A stretch of DNA of 64,000 nt from the human T2T-CHM13v2.0 reference genome, Homo sapiens, in assembly GCF_009914755.1 (NCBI RefSeq), contig NC_060940.1, one strand, 5' to 3'. Shown in pieces: positions 41,441-58,155 of this stretch. The notes beneath the pieces are model-generated. The model made no database searches. It was not told the origin of the DNA and was given only the letters and a program-made list of their open reading frames with translations. A program made the translations under genes and the position numbers. How positions within the stretch are numbered: position 1 is the stretch's first letter; the number at the start of each line of letters is the position of its first letter.

Positions 41441-41883
41441 GATGATTTCTAGGATACTCTCTATTCCTACAATTCTGTGATTCCTCAGAAGTTTGTTATG
41501 AGGATCAGAAGAATTAAATGGGTTAAGTTAAAATGTGATATTATAATGTTACTTGAAGCTTTTAATGAATGTATAATTTGCTTCTTGGTACACCTGAAGG
41601 CAAGAAGATTGCCAAGCAATGACTTTCAGCCTCATGATTCTATGACTAGACAGTATTATCTTGACAATAATTCTGAAGCCAAATTTAGCCTCAGTGGGAA
41701 AGATTAAAAACATAATGCCAAATTTCTGTTGTTCCTGGCACTTGCTCATTACTTACAAGACCTACGTACAGTTCAAAACAAAACAAGACAACTCTCCTGG
41801 GGCAGATGTAATTAGAAGGCACCAGTGTCTGTCATTTCCAATAAAAGCTAAAAGATCTGTTTAAGTGACAATAAACTACTTAC

Positions 41884-42059
41884 CTGAGTCTGTGGTTTGC
41901 TGCAGGATTCAGCTTCCTAATTTGTTCAAATGTCAAATCACACAATCGCCCAGTCCCATCAGTCGTCCTATCTACTGTGTTATCGTGCATTAAGACAGGA
42001 ATCCCGTCAGAAGTAAACTCAATGTCCAACTCCACGCCTGTTGCTCCATTCTTAGCTGC
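41884..42059 (-). CDS. GDE1: GDE1 exon 2 (AAKNGATGVELDIEFTSDGIPVLMHDNTVDRTT...NHRLR)
   Basis: ttaag|...|gtaag; GDPD catalytic E-x-D and HD motifs; 176 nt. Confidence 0.97.
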
Positions 42060-42748
42060 CTTAACAAAAACATCAAGAATATTACTGTCAAATGGCCACA
42101 AACATTATTTTGCATCTAACCACCCAAAAGACCAGCAGGGCTCCTAAGACAGCTGTCCTTTTTGATTCATTTTCCTTCCACTTCCCCCACCAAACAGCAA
42201 TCCTGATCTGTTTCTGTTTTCTGTGTATATAACCTTACTTCAATTCCTAACTGATGGATTCCTTAAAAACTTTAATTTTCCCACTCTTCTTACTTTCACA
42301 GTGGAAGACTAGGAGACTTCAGGAACTTATGTTTTCTCTGGATGTTTAACTATATGGGTCATCAATGGCTTATGAATACTTAGACAATTCCACTGTTTAC
42401 CTACACTATTTGTTGGTACAGCAGTTCTGATGATCACCCTACGGTTGTTGATTAGTCAGATATTTCACTACTTTGGCATAAATGAGTCAGGTTTTTGTTG
42501 GTTTAATTCCACCCTCTACCACAAAGACACCACGCCTGCTTCTAGGACATATCACATTTTGTTTATGTAAGCAGCACTGGCTGTTGGCCCATAAGTTGTT
42601 AAGCTTGATGAGGTAGATTAGAATTTATCTAAAAAGAGAATTTGAACCTTAAATTACACGAGCCATGCTCCTCTGGAGACACACTATTTAATGTTTGCTT
42701 CCTTGGCTTCCTCATCACAATAAAGATGTGAAATGCTCATTACGATGA

Positions 42749-43132
<384 letters not shown>

Positions 43133-43724
43133 TAACATATGTGAATATTTTGACCTAATTTCCTCAGTCTCTTTCTGTACTAAAACAAAAACAAAAACAA
43201 AAACTATTATTTATTGAGCCTTTTCTACTTGCCAGGCACTCTTCTAAGTGCTTTAAATGTATTAACTTATTTGATCCTCACAACCCTGAAGCAGGTACTA
43301 TTAATATTCTCATTTAACAGATAAGAAAACTGAGACAAAGAAAGAGTAGGAAACTTGCCCAGGGCTGCACAAGCTAGGATGCAGTAGAAGTTGCACTCTT
43401 ATCCGCTTCAGTTTTACTATCAACACTACAGATACAGCTGAAATTCTCCCTTTCATTCTCCTCCTTTCCTCTCCAGAGGTAATTACCATCTTAAAGTTGG
43501 TGTATATCATTCTCATGTCACTCCCTTACCGGTTTTTATTTAAGTACCCATAAACAACACAGAGCACTGTGCTAGTGAATAGTTAAGATTTCAATAAATG
43601 TTAGCCATTGTTATTTATTATGTCCTTTTAAACACATCTTTAAAGGTAATATAGTCAAATTTATCAATAACGTCCTTTATGGGTGGAGATTTTTCTGCTT
43701 TATTTAAATCTTTTCCTTTTCCCA

Positions 43725-44300
43725 TGTGATACAGATGTACGACTATTTTGGAAAAACACATCACATTTTCCCTCTGCTCTCACAACAATCAACCCCGACG
43801 TCTGTGACCAAAAATGTGGGGGTTTTTCCCCACCAATAAGTAGTGGACACCAGCTGGGTATCCTCCAACTCAATTTTGACACTATCTACCTGGAGATAGT
43901 GTCAGATCATAGGTTGAGGGCTTGGTCCCCAAGACTGCACCCCACCCTCCTCCAGACACAAATAGCAAGCTGGGGCCTATGGAACTTCTGACCAATTGGC
44001 TTCAAGTCCTCTTAGGTTTATTTTAGTTTTTATTTTTTTAATTCCTCTTAGGTTTTTATGGAAGCTTCATGATGTCAGCATTCCTTCCCCCAGGGTATAG
44101 GGTGGGGTCCCTCTCTGAGGAGGGTCTTAAGACTCACAATTTGAAAGACAGGGAAAGATTCCAGTCCTGCCTTGGGGTAGGTGAAAGGAGGGCAGGAGAG
44201 ATTCTGTTTCCCAAGGCCTGCTCCTAAGGCCTAGGATGCCTAACAAAATACTGTAGCAAGGGCTGAGAGTTATGAGCCAGGAACCATGGATGAAAACCTA
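43725..44300. mobile_element. MER21-like LTR
   Basis: CTGTGACCAAAAATGTGGGGGTTTTTCCCCAC...CACTATCTACCTGGAGATAG...GAGTTATGAGCCAGGAACC. Confidence 0.65.
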
Positions 44301-44361
44301 TATATGTGTGTGTATGTGCATATATATATATATATATATATACATACACAATACTTAATAG

Positions 44362-44490
44362 ATTACAATATAGTGTAAACATAACTTTTATATGCACTGG
44401 GAAACCAAAAAATTTGTGACTCCCTTTATTACTATATTTGCTTTATTGACTATTTACTCAGGTCTGGAACTGAACTTGCAATATCTCCTA
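44362..44490 (+). mobile_element. Tigger1-like 3' fragment
   Basis: TACAATATAGTGTAAACATAACTTTTATATGCACTGGGAAACCAAAAAATTTGTG...GCAATATCTCC. Confidence 0.6.
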
Positions 44491-45044
44491 TATATACTAA
44501 TATGTGAATTAGAACCAGGGATTCATCTTTTTATCTCAATTACTGGAATAACATAGAAGTACTGGTAAAGCTGGCCAGGCAGTGGCTCATGCCTGTGATC
44601 CCAGCACTTTGCCTGTAATCCCAGCACTCTGTAATCCACTGAGGCAGGTGGATCACTTGAGGTCAGGAGTTTGAGACCAGCCTTGCCAACATGGCAAAAC
44701 ACCATCTCTACTAAAAACAAAAAACAAAAATTAGCTGGGAGTGGAGGAGTACATCTGTAATCTTAGCTACTTGGGAGCCTGAGGCACAAGAATCGCTTCA
44801 ACCTGGGAGGTGGAAGTTGCAGTGAGTTGAGATCGCCCCACTGCACTCAAACCTGGGTGACAGAGAGAGACCCTGTCTCAAAAATAAATAAATAAATAAA
44901 CAAAATTATTGGTAAAGTCGAATGTATACATACATATATACATTTCTGACAGTGCTAGAATTTCTGGTAGATTATAAATGAGATATAGAAGGAAAAACTT
45001 GATAAATGTGAGTTGAGTGTATTCCAAAAACAGATACACTACTA

Positions 45045-45329
<285 letters not shown>

Positions 45330-46499
45330 TCATGCCTGTAATCCTAGTACCTTGGGAGGCCGAGGCGGGTGGATCACTTTGAGGCCAGGAGTTTGAGACC
45401 AGTCTGGCCAACATAGCAGAACCCCATCTCTACTAAAAATACAAAAATTAGCTGGGCGTGGTGGCACACGCCTGTAATCCCAGCTACTCCGGAGGCTGAG
45501 GCACGAGAATCGCTTGAACACGGGAGGCAGGGGTTGCAGTGCGTGGAGATTGCACCACTGCCCTCCAGCCTGGGTAAAAGAGTGAGACTCTGTAAAGTAA
45601 AAAAAAAAAAAAGAAGAAGAAGGAAGGAAGAAGAGAGAGAAAAATAAAAAAGAAGAGAATCAGATATATTTACACAGATGCAAAAGTGCCTAATCCACTG
45701 AAAAGCCCTCTCTGTAAGCTGTCATTATTATGAAGCTAGGAGAATGCCAAGAGCTGGGAGGTATCAAAAGTTTCAGGAGTGCCTTGTGAAAAGGAGGGGG
45801 CAGAAACTGATGTGAGTCCAGCTGCCAGGGTTGTGCGAGTGCGAATGTGTGTGTCTGGGGAAAAGGTGATAAGGAAATGACTCAAGTGATTTACAAGACA
45901 AGCAAACGTATGTCTTGTGAAGGGTGATCTATTTAGACTAACCTCAATTACTGACCAAGAACCTATTTGACCTGACCCATTTTCTACTTCATTCACACAC
46001 CAGTCTTTGTTCTCTTCCTTGAAGTCAGGCCACACACTGCCTCTTCTGTTACCTGAACACCCCTATATTATTCCCATCTCAGGACCTTCTGCACCTGCCT
46101 GGCTCCTTATAATTCCGGTTTCTGTTCAAATGTTGCTTCTTCGGAGACGATTTCTCTTGACTATTCCATCTAAATAAAATAGCGTAACTCTTTCCTTCGA
46201 GTTCCCCCGATTTCTTCATTGCACCTTTCACTCTCTTAAAGTTATCTCATTTATGTGTTTACTTGTTTAAGGCTTGCCTCCCCCATTCCGATGTACACTC
46301 TGTAAACCAGGGACACTTTTGACCTTGTTCCTGGCTGTATGTAACCTTAGCGTCAGGCGCACAGAAACTATATACATATCTGCTGTCTTCTGTAAATATA
46401 AAACCTCAAGTCCGGAGATCCCTAGACACTGGGAGCGATCAAGGGCCGGGAGTGTGCCTTGTGGACGAATGAGGAAGTGGGAAGGCCGTCCTGAGAAGA

Positions 46500-47120
46500 T
46501 CGGGGAACCCTGGGAAGGAAAAGTAGAAGTCCGAGCTCTCGGGAGGACCGAGGGGCGCGAACGTGGGGGTCTCACCTGCCGAATGGCCGCCAGCGTGTTC
46601 TCGGGCGCGTCGTGGCTGCCGCCACGGTGGGCGATGGCAGAAATGCGGTCCCGGGGCTTGAGCACCTGCAGGGCCCTGCAAGAGGGCACCGGCTCAAAGC
46701 TGAAGACGCGCAGTAGAACGAAGAGGCTGCCGGTGAGGAGGCAGGCATTGACCGGGCTCCGCGTCACCAGCAGCAGCACTAGCAGCAGGAAGGAGAAAGG
46801 GCCCAGGAGGCCGCCCTGGTCCTCCCACAGCCACATGCCGGCGCCCGCACCGGCACGGACGGGAGTCCCGGACCCGCCGGGCTCCTGGGGCAGTAGAACG
46901 AGAAGCGAGGGGGAGGGTCCAAGGCACCGGCAGCAGCAGGAACCCTCTGAGGGGACCAGCGCCGCACAATGGCGGCAGCAGACACATCCAGAGAGGGAGT
47001 CGGCCGCCCAGCCAATCAGGGATCGGGATTCGCAGCGCCAGTGGGCGGAGCCGCTCCATGGCAACGGGGGAGGGCCCAGGCCCCAGGCCCCAGGCTCACG
47101 TTCCAAATCTAAGGTGGGTT
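46500..47120 (-). promoter_or_regulatory. GDE1: GDE1 CpG island / core promoter
   Basis: CpG-rich; CCAAT box 47012-47016, GC box GGGCGGAG 47043-47050, RFX-type CCATGGCAAC 47056-47065, YY1-like ATGGCGG ~46969. Confidence 0.75.
46576..46836 (-). CDS. GDE1: GDE1 exon 1 coding part (MWLWEDQGGLLGPFSF...IAHRGGSHDAPENTLAAIRQ), glycerophosphodiester phosphodiesterase 1 / MIR16
   Basis: ATG at 46836, N-terminal hydrophobic segments, GDPD signature HRG...PENTL; donor gtgag; 261 nt. Confidence 0.97.
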
Positions 47121-47292
47121 AGGGTTTTCCGAGGTCTGAACTTCAACCTGGGCGTTCAGACTCCTAGGCGAGAAAAGGAGGGATAAGAACCATCCTAAAG
47201 CTGTAGGACTGGAAGGGATTTTAGTGACTCCTTTATCTGCCCTTGAGGAAACTGAATTCCAGGGAACCTGGAGAGGCAGGATGCTTAGACTA

Positions 47293-47336
47293 TCAATTCA
47301 ATTCAATTCAATTCAGTTCAGTTCAGTTCAATTCAA
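47293..47336. repeat. (TTCAA/TTCAG)n pentanucleotide repeat
   Basis: TCAATTCAATTCAATTCAATTCAGTTCAGTTCAGTTCAATTCAA. Confidence 0.85.
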
Positions 47337-48085
47337 GATGTGCCAAATACCGGTCCAGGTGCTCCGGACACAGTTGAACAGGACCTACAGGGTTTTTGCT
47401 CTTATGGGATTCACATTCTTGTGGGAGGAAATAAAAGTTAGCAAGTACACCTAACGTTTACAGAGCACTTACCATGTCCCAGGTACTTGACGAGCAAACA
47501 CTTTATATGCTTATCTCATTCTCAATACAGCCTAACAGTTACTATCAGGAGACTGATTTCAATCGACTTTATTTTCCAGATTCTGGGGGACTGGAAGAGC
47601 CTAGCAAAGAAGGCACAATCGGATTATAAAACTGGAAGGGGTTTTAAGGATTCCCTTATTTCATAGATGCGGAAACTGAGGATAGGTGAATTAAGCAGTT
47701 AATGGCAGGGTGGGGACTGACATAAAGGCCTCCCCAGTGATTTGTGACATTTTCACTCCTCCTCCCCCTAATCTTACTTCTGCTAAGGGCTTTTGTACCA
47801 GGCACTGTACAGGAGTTACCTCAACTGTGCCTCACAACCACCCTTGTGATAGGCACTTTTAAAACCCCCATTTTACATATGCAAAAACAGGCACTGGAAG
47901 GAGGGTAAGAGAGATAGACCATGAAGCCGAGTTAGGGAGTGAAAAGGGGCCCCTGGACATATTTTGGAGGGCTGGTAACATTTTTATGTAGAGAACTTTG
48001 CAAAAATATTCAGGGATTTTTCTGTTACCTTTTTTTCCTTTAGTGCATTTTCCCACTGATTTGCAAAAGGGGATAGATGTCTTAA

Positions 48086-48408
<323 letters not shown>

Positions 48409-48599
48409 TGGGTTCAGCAAGTTTTTACCTACAAGAAAATATTTTGGTGAATGTTACATGTTTTCTAACGGCTGCATAGAAAGGGGTTATCTTTATACAG
48501 ATAAGAAAAAAATGGCAACTTCAAGGAACACTTCAGGGGGCTTCAGACCCTGAGGGGTGTTCCTATTCTACTAAATAAGTAAATTTATTAATAAATTCT

Positions 48600-49450
48600 A
48601 GTCTCTAGCTTGCAAGGAAGACTACGTTTCCCGGCGTGCAGCGTGCTGGCCGTAAGCATTACGTCCTCCATCGCGGGCGCGCAATGCACCTCGGGGATGG
48701 TAGTGTTCTGGTGGCCCAACGGTTTTTAACAGCCCGGGAATCAACCACCGGAAGTGCCGGCCCTGAGAGGTGGAGTCGGGGTGGCAGCGGCGGCGGTTGC
48801 CAGGAGCCCGCGTTGCAGCCTGAGATCCGTAATATGGCGGGGAGGAGGAGGAGAAGGCGGCGGCGGACCGAGCTGCGCTCTGTCAGTACCATTTGAGCCA
48901 TTCGCTTCCTGACAAGGCCCGTGGCGAGGGGAGAGGAGCTGAAGGGGCCGTGGGGGATCAGGTGTGTGCATGAGGAGGGGGCTTGAGCCTTGACGGGTCC
49001 GGGCTGAGAGGTGGTCTGGCGAGGCGAAATTGGCGCCCTGAGAAGCTGAGGGCGGGCTCTGTGCTGGGCTCCCGGGCCTCGAGCCCCCTGGAAAGGCGCC
49101 GGCTGTTGGGAGGCGGGACCCCGGGGGCAGCCAGCACCGGGCGCTGAGGTGATGCTCCGATGCTGGCCCCGCCTGGAGGGCCCTCGGTTTGGAGTCTTAA
49201 ATCGGAGGAGCTGGAGGAGGTGGGCATGGGGCGCTGGGGAGAGGGCAGGGGGCCGTCCCTGGTGAATAAAACTCGGGCCAGAGCCGGAGAACCCCATCGT
49301 GGTGATCAAATTGTTTGGGCCGTTTTTCTTCTCCCTCCCACGGTGCTGGAGAGGGAGGCTTCCCCGGGGTGTGCATTGGCCATTTATGAGCCCCTGTTTC
49401 CACAACCAAGGCCCTAGGAGCGCTGCTTACTTCGCCTTTGCCACTCTGGG
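48600..49450 (+). promoter_or_regulatory. CCP110: CCP110 CpG island / promoter
   Basis: CpG-rich; ZNF143/THAP11-type ACTACGTTTCCCGGCGTGCA 48621-48640, E2F-like GC elements, ETS/GABP ACCGGAAGTG 48747-48756, YY1-like AATATGGCGG 48831-48840. Confidence 0.75.
48770..48961 (+). other. CCP110: CCP110 non-coding exon 1 (5' end approximate)
   Basis: in CpG island downstream of ETS motif; donor CAG|gtgtgt at 48961/48962; next exon (52740) carries the ATG. Confidence 0.65.
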
Positions 49451-52400
49451 GCATAAACTTGAGGATAATAAAGTAATCGATTGCCCCTGGAGCTGCTAGA
49501 TGGTTCCCACCCTTTGATTCTATTCTGGTTACGATCCAAGCTCCCTACCCCCAGTTTAGGCAAATGGCAGCCATCTCGAGATTGATTTGACGGGGAGAGG
49601 TCTAGGGACAGGGAAATGAGGAAGCCGTTGTCCCCTTTTCTATATTTTTCAGTTTCATTTGAAACCTACGGGGAACCAAGCACTGTCGCTGCCCTCCAGG
49701 AATTCATACTCTACTGCTAAAAATCGTCATCATCATTATCCTCTTAATAAGAAAAGCAGTCCCCATTATTTGTTGCTTTCTGCGTGTTCTGCACTACGTT
49801 AATTGCCCTACATGCATTAGCTCATTGAATTCTTACAACATTCCTTTGAGACGGATACCGTGATCATCCCTCTTTTACAGAGGACGAAACAGGTGTGGGG
49901 ATGGTAACTGGCTTGCCAAGAACTTGCAGCTAGTACGCATCTGAATAAGAAATCTTCCCCTTTACCGCTTTTACAAGAAGTTTGCGTCTTTGGCGGAACT
50001 GATGGGCAAAGAAACACTAGGTTCTGCAAAAAAAAAGCAGGATCTGTTCTGTGTTACTTTTACCACTCTTTTCAGTGACATGTCTGGCAGAGCACGGGTA
50101 AGGAGCAGATAGGACCATGAGTCTACGGGGTTTGCAAAGAGGCTCATTTGCACAAGGGTCAGTGGTTCTCTGTGGTATAAATGGAGAAGACGGCATGTCT
50201 GAACCTGCTGTAGCTGACAAATTATTACTGGAAGTGGACCAGTGATGCCTGATGGCAAGATATAGAGCAGTAGATTTGTGGCTGGGGTAGCCTTGTAGTC
50301 AGGGCTCCCTTAAAATAAAACCTTGCTGACAGTGGTAATTGTAGTGTGAAAGGCATAGTGTCCTCTTGCTTAATCATGGGATACAGACTGCTCACTTCTT
50401 AAATGGTTACCTTTGCAGTTTAAGAGGTACCAGTTTCTCTGGGACTAGAGCCATGGTGAAATTTCCATTCTCTAAATTCCACTCTTCCTTGCTAGCTTCG
50501 GTGTATAGTCCGCCTTCTTTTTTTCTTCTGGTTTACATTATTGTTTGAGCTTATTATTATTCTTATTCATTTATTCAATACTTTTATCAAGTGCCTGCTG
50601 TGTGCTGATACTGTTCTGTGTAATGGGGATTCAGTGAACAAGACTGAAAAGGTACCTGTACTTATGGCGCTTACATTTTGGTGGAGGAAGACAGACAAAA
50701 ATCAAGGAAATAAACACGATAATTTCAGATAGTGGTAAGTGCTATGAAAATTGGGAAACAGCAGGGTAATGTGATAGTGATAGAGGCAGAGTTCATTTAG
50801 ATGGGGTCATCAGGGATGCCTTCTCTGAGGAGGGGATATCCAAGCCGAGACTGAAGAATAAGAAGGATCCAGTCATGCTCTAAGGATCATCTAGTAATTT
50901 GTATAATCTCCATATTAGCACTCATATTTGAATGAGTAATGCGTTGTCATATGCTGTGTTGTGCTGTAATAATAATATAGTACTATACATCTGCAAGATA
51001 TAGGACATATATGTACTATTTAAGGGATGTGAATAACTTTCTGAAACAATGAGGCATAGCTCTATGATGTTGAAAGAAAAATAAAACTATGGCCATAAAA
51101 GTATTATATTTCCTTAATAATTTCCCTCACTTCTAAAATTGAATTTCATGCTTTGCTTGAGTATCCATAGAAGATATATTACTTTATTTGTATAATCTAT
51201 TTACATTCTGTGTATTGCTGAATGCATGGCATGATTAAAAAAATAAAATATTTGAGCAGAAATGGGGTTAAGAAATAATGTGAGTTGAAACCTAGACCTA
51301 AAAAAAGGCTATGCCTTAAGGTGTTTTATTGTTTTTACTTTTGCTTTTTTAAAATAAATAAAAGCTTGTAAAATAGTCTCACTCACACTGTAGAGAACCA
51401 TTTGTTTGTCATTAGATTCCTACTTTGCATAGATTGAACACAAATAATTACAATTGATTGAATAGTAGGAAGAAGTTTTGTTATTGATTAAACTATTTAG
51501 AAAAAATAGCATTATATCTTATTTTTTTATAACCTGATTATAATTTTGACTATTTTTTTTTTCCCATTTCTCATTGCACTATAATTTGTCCCTGATACTT
51601 TGGTGTACTGAATTTTTAAGTACTTTGAGGCCTACCGAGGACATATCCTATTTCATCTTTGCATATCCCACATCATGAATTGAATTTCCCTGCCCTCTCT
51701 TTTTTTGTTAAGAAGCTAATTATTTTAAAATGAAGACATAAAGGAACATGATTGTATTCTATTTTCTGTTTCCATAGTTCATACCCTTGCTGGTTATGAT
51801 TCTGATAATGTCTTTTTATTTTCCCTTGCTTATTTAAAGGAAACAGTGCCACACATAATGCTGTGCAAATAAGCAATCAACATTTACTGTTTGCTAAATG
51901 AATGAATATGATGCCTAATCCCTCCTGGTTACCTTGTATTTTCATAATCACAATTTCCCAGAAACTGTGAAATTACTGGGATTGTTTTAAGTAGTTTGGT
52001 GATGGTTCCAATTTTCAACAATAAAATATAATTAATATCAGAGCCAATCGATTTGCTCTTTTTTACCTCTGACTGAGTTGGCTGGTGCTCATGCAGTCCA
52101 AGTATAGTGTTAAGATAGGCAAATTGAGGCAGGAGGATTGCTTGAGTCTCAGAGTTTGAGACTATAGTGCACTGTGACTGAACCTGTGAATAGTCACTGG
52201 AATCCAGTTTGGGCAACATAGTGAGACCCTGTCTCTTTAAAAAAAAAAAAAAAGATATGAGAGTAACCTCTGAACTTCAAAATAGAAAATTTTTAAAAGT
52301 AAATATTCTTTGATTTAAGTAGGCTTTTTTACTACAGTGTTTGTACCTTTGTATGATATAGTTTTTCTTGTGTAGATAAGTCCTGTTAAAGAAAATATAA

Positions 52401-52754
52401 TATCCTGTTTTACAATGTGAAGTTAGTAAAGATTTACAGAACTTTGTTTCCTTTAAGAAGGTTTTACTGAATTCTTAGCTAAATTAATCCCATTTAAAGA
52501 TTGATTTACATGCAATAATATTCAGAAATATTTAATATATAAAGTAAATCTTAATTGGACAGGTTCTTGAGGTGAATTACCATACCCAAGAATTAGCTCC
52601 TGATCAGTAAGACAATTCTGGGAGGACCAGTTATAGGAATTGTGAATTATAGGGACTCTCTCATGCTCTACAAAATCTGCCAAATAATTAAGATCTGTTT
52701 TTCCCAGTACATTAAAAATAACATTTTTCTCTCTTGTAGTGTGACTGTGGGAAG

Positions 52755-52895
52755 ATGGAGGAGTATGAGAAGTTCTGTGAAAAAAGTCTTGCCAGAATAC
52801 AAGAAGCATCACTATCCACAGAGAGCTTTCTCCCTGCTCAGTCTGAAAGTATCTCACTTATTCGCTTTCATGGAGTGGCTATCCTTTCTCCACTG
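52755..52895 (+). CDS. CCP110: CCP110 first coding exon ([47 protein letters not shown])
   Basis: acceptor ttgtag at 52739, AAGATGG Kozak, donor gtaaac; recognised CP110 N-terminus. Confidence 0.95.
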
Positions 52896-53485
52896 GTAAA
52901 CTTGCTTTGTTTTTAAATAGTTTTTTTCTGTAGTGAACAACTAAAACAGTTCGTGGAAAAACAAAAGAAAGGCTTATAAACATTTGAAGAGATGCCCTCA
53001 TTCAGAATTAGAGAAATACAAATGAATTAGCATTTTTTACTTACTATTATAGATTGGCCAAGACCTAATAGAACTTTGTGTTCCTTAGATTGTGGAGAAA
53101 ATGCACTTTTAATGCACTTTTGCTAAGAGAATCAGTTTATTTTATTTCTAGATGAGCAGTTTGGTAGAATTTAAAAGCATACATAGCCTTTGGGTCAGCA
53201 GTTCCATTTTTGGGTATATCCTACAATTATATGTGAGCCCAAAGAAATAAGTACAAAGTTACATTAGCATTGTTTAAAATAGCAAAGGTTGACGAACCAC
53301 CTAAATGTCCATCAGTAGTGGAGTAGTTTAACTATGGTCTATTTTATAAACTCTCATACATACCATTACAGTAAGGCAGATGTAAATGTTGAGGCATGGA
53401 AGGATCTCAATGATCTAGTGTAAAACACCGTGTGCAGCATGCTGTCAGGGGCAGTATAGAGTCATGATTAGAGGTCCAGACTCTG

Positions 53486-56882
<3,397 letters not shown>

Positions 56883-57288
56883 TCAATATTCAAGTGAAGT
56901 AATAAAAAACTCAGCAGTGGCCAAAAGGGCCTTAATTTTATTTCTGTCATTTTAGAACATTTGATTAGTGAACAAACTTTTTTCTTTTTAACCTTTTAAC
57001 TGAAAATAATTTACACATAGCAAAATGCACAAATCTTAAGTGTTAAAGTTCCATGAGTTTTGATATATGGCATACACATGTATAACTCACACCCACACAG
57101 GATTTTCTTCACCATGGAAAGATCTCTAATGCCCCATCCCACTCAGTACCCAGACCATTGTTCTGATTTCTTTCACTATACATTAGTTTTGCCTGTTGCA
57201 CATGTTTTTAATCTTTCTGATTCACAACTTCCCGATTTTATGATATTTTTATCGTGGGAAATAATTACATTTTTATGATGTTTTGCAG

Positions 57289-57417
57289 CTTAACATTGAG
57301 AAAAGAAAGGAAATGCAACAAGAAAAGCAGAAAGCACTTGATGTAGAAGCAAGAAAGCAGGTTAACAGGAAGAAAGCTTTACTGACTCGTGTCCAGGAGA
57401 TTCTTGACAATGTTCAG
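57289..57417 (+). CDS. CCP110: CCP110 coding exon ([43 protein letters not shown]), N-terminal coiled coil
   Basis: tttgcag|...|gtgtgt; 129 nt, phase 0/0. Confidence 0.95.
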
Positions 57418-58155
57418 GTGTGTGATTTTAGCTGTTTCAGTTATAATAAAGAAATCATAAGATAAGCGTTGATGATAATTTTTCTGAAATATATTTGCAC
57501 TTAACTAATTACTAATGTACTTTACTGTTACGTTTGAGAAGCTTCATAATTTGTGATTTTCCATTTCAGTTACTCCAAAGAGAATGTACTTGCTTGTTAG
57601 TAATGCCCAGTACTTGAATCAGAGGATATTTACACAATAGAACCATACACTGAATATAATTGCTTATTGTTTGCATCTTATGACTCTAAAAACATTGAAT
57701 TCTCAGTGACAAAATGACAGAATTGGGTATTATTGTTTACCCCAAACTAATTAGACTATTGACTAAATGACCTTATTCTCATTCTTTGCTTAAGTAAATA
57801 ACTGCCTCCAATTTTTTTTTGGTGAAAACTCTTAGATACACAAAATGCAGTTTAGATAACATTGAATTGTTTAGATGCATCCTATGTCTAAAAACTATTT
57901 AAACAACACATCTACACCTTGTGCAGTTATTTTTAGATTTGTATAAACAATTTGTTCTGACATGTGGATCATTTTGTACTAAAAAGAAAAACAAATGAAT
58001 TAGATTGAACGAATAATTTCTACAACATATAGCAGTGTTCTGCTGGTAACATCTTTTTGTTTTTTCATAATCTTAGGAGTTTGTGGTTTGTCTGTTTAAT
58101 TCGTATCGATGACACGTGTATAATGAACCTTAAGGGTTCATTTCTCTGTTGGTAG

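Noticed and set aside
46274-47122. 282-aa plus-strand ORF antisense to GDE1 exon 1
   Set aside because: Codon-aligned shadow of a GC-rich CDS/CpG island, non-ATG start, no recognisable domain.
48659-49405. 248-aa minus-strand ORF over the CCP110 CpG island
   Set aside because: GC-rich Pro/Arg/Gly low-complexity frame with non-ATG start; expected by chance.
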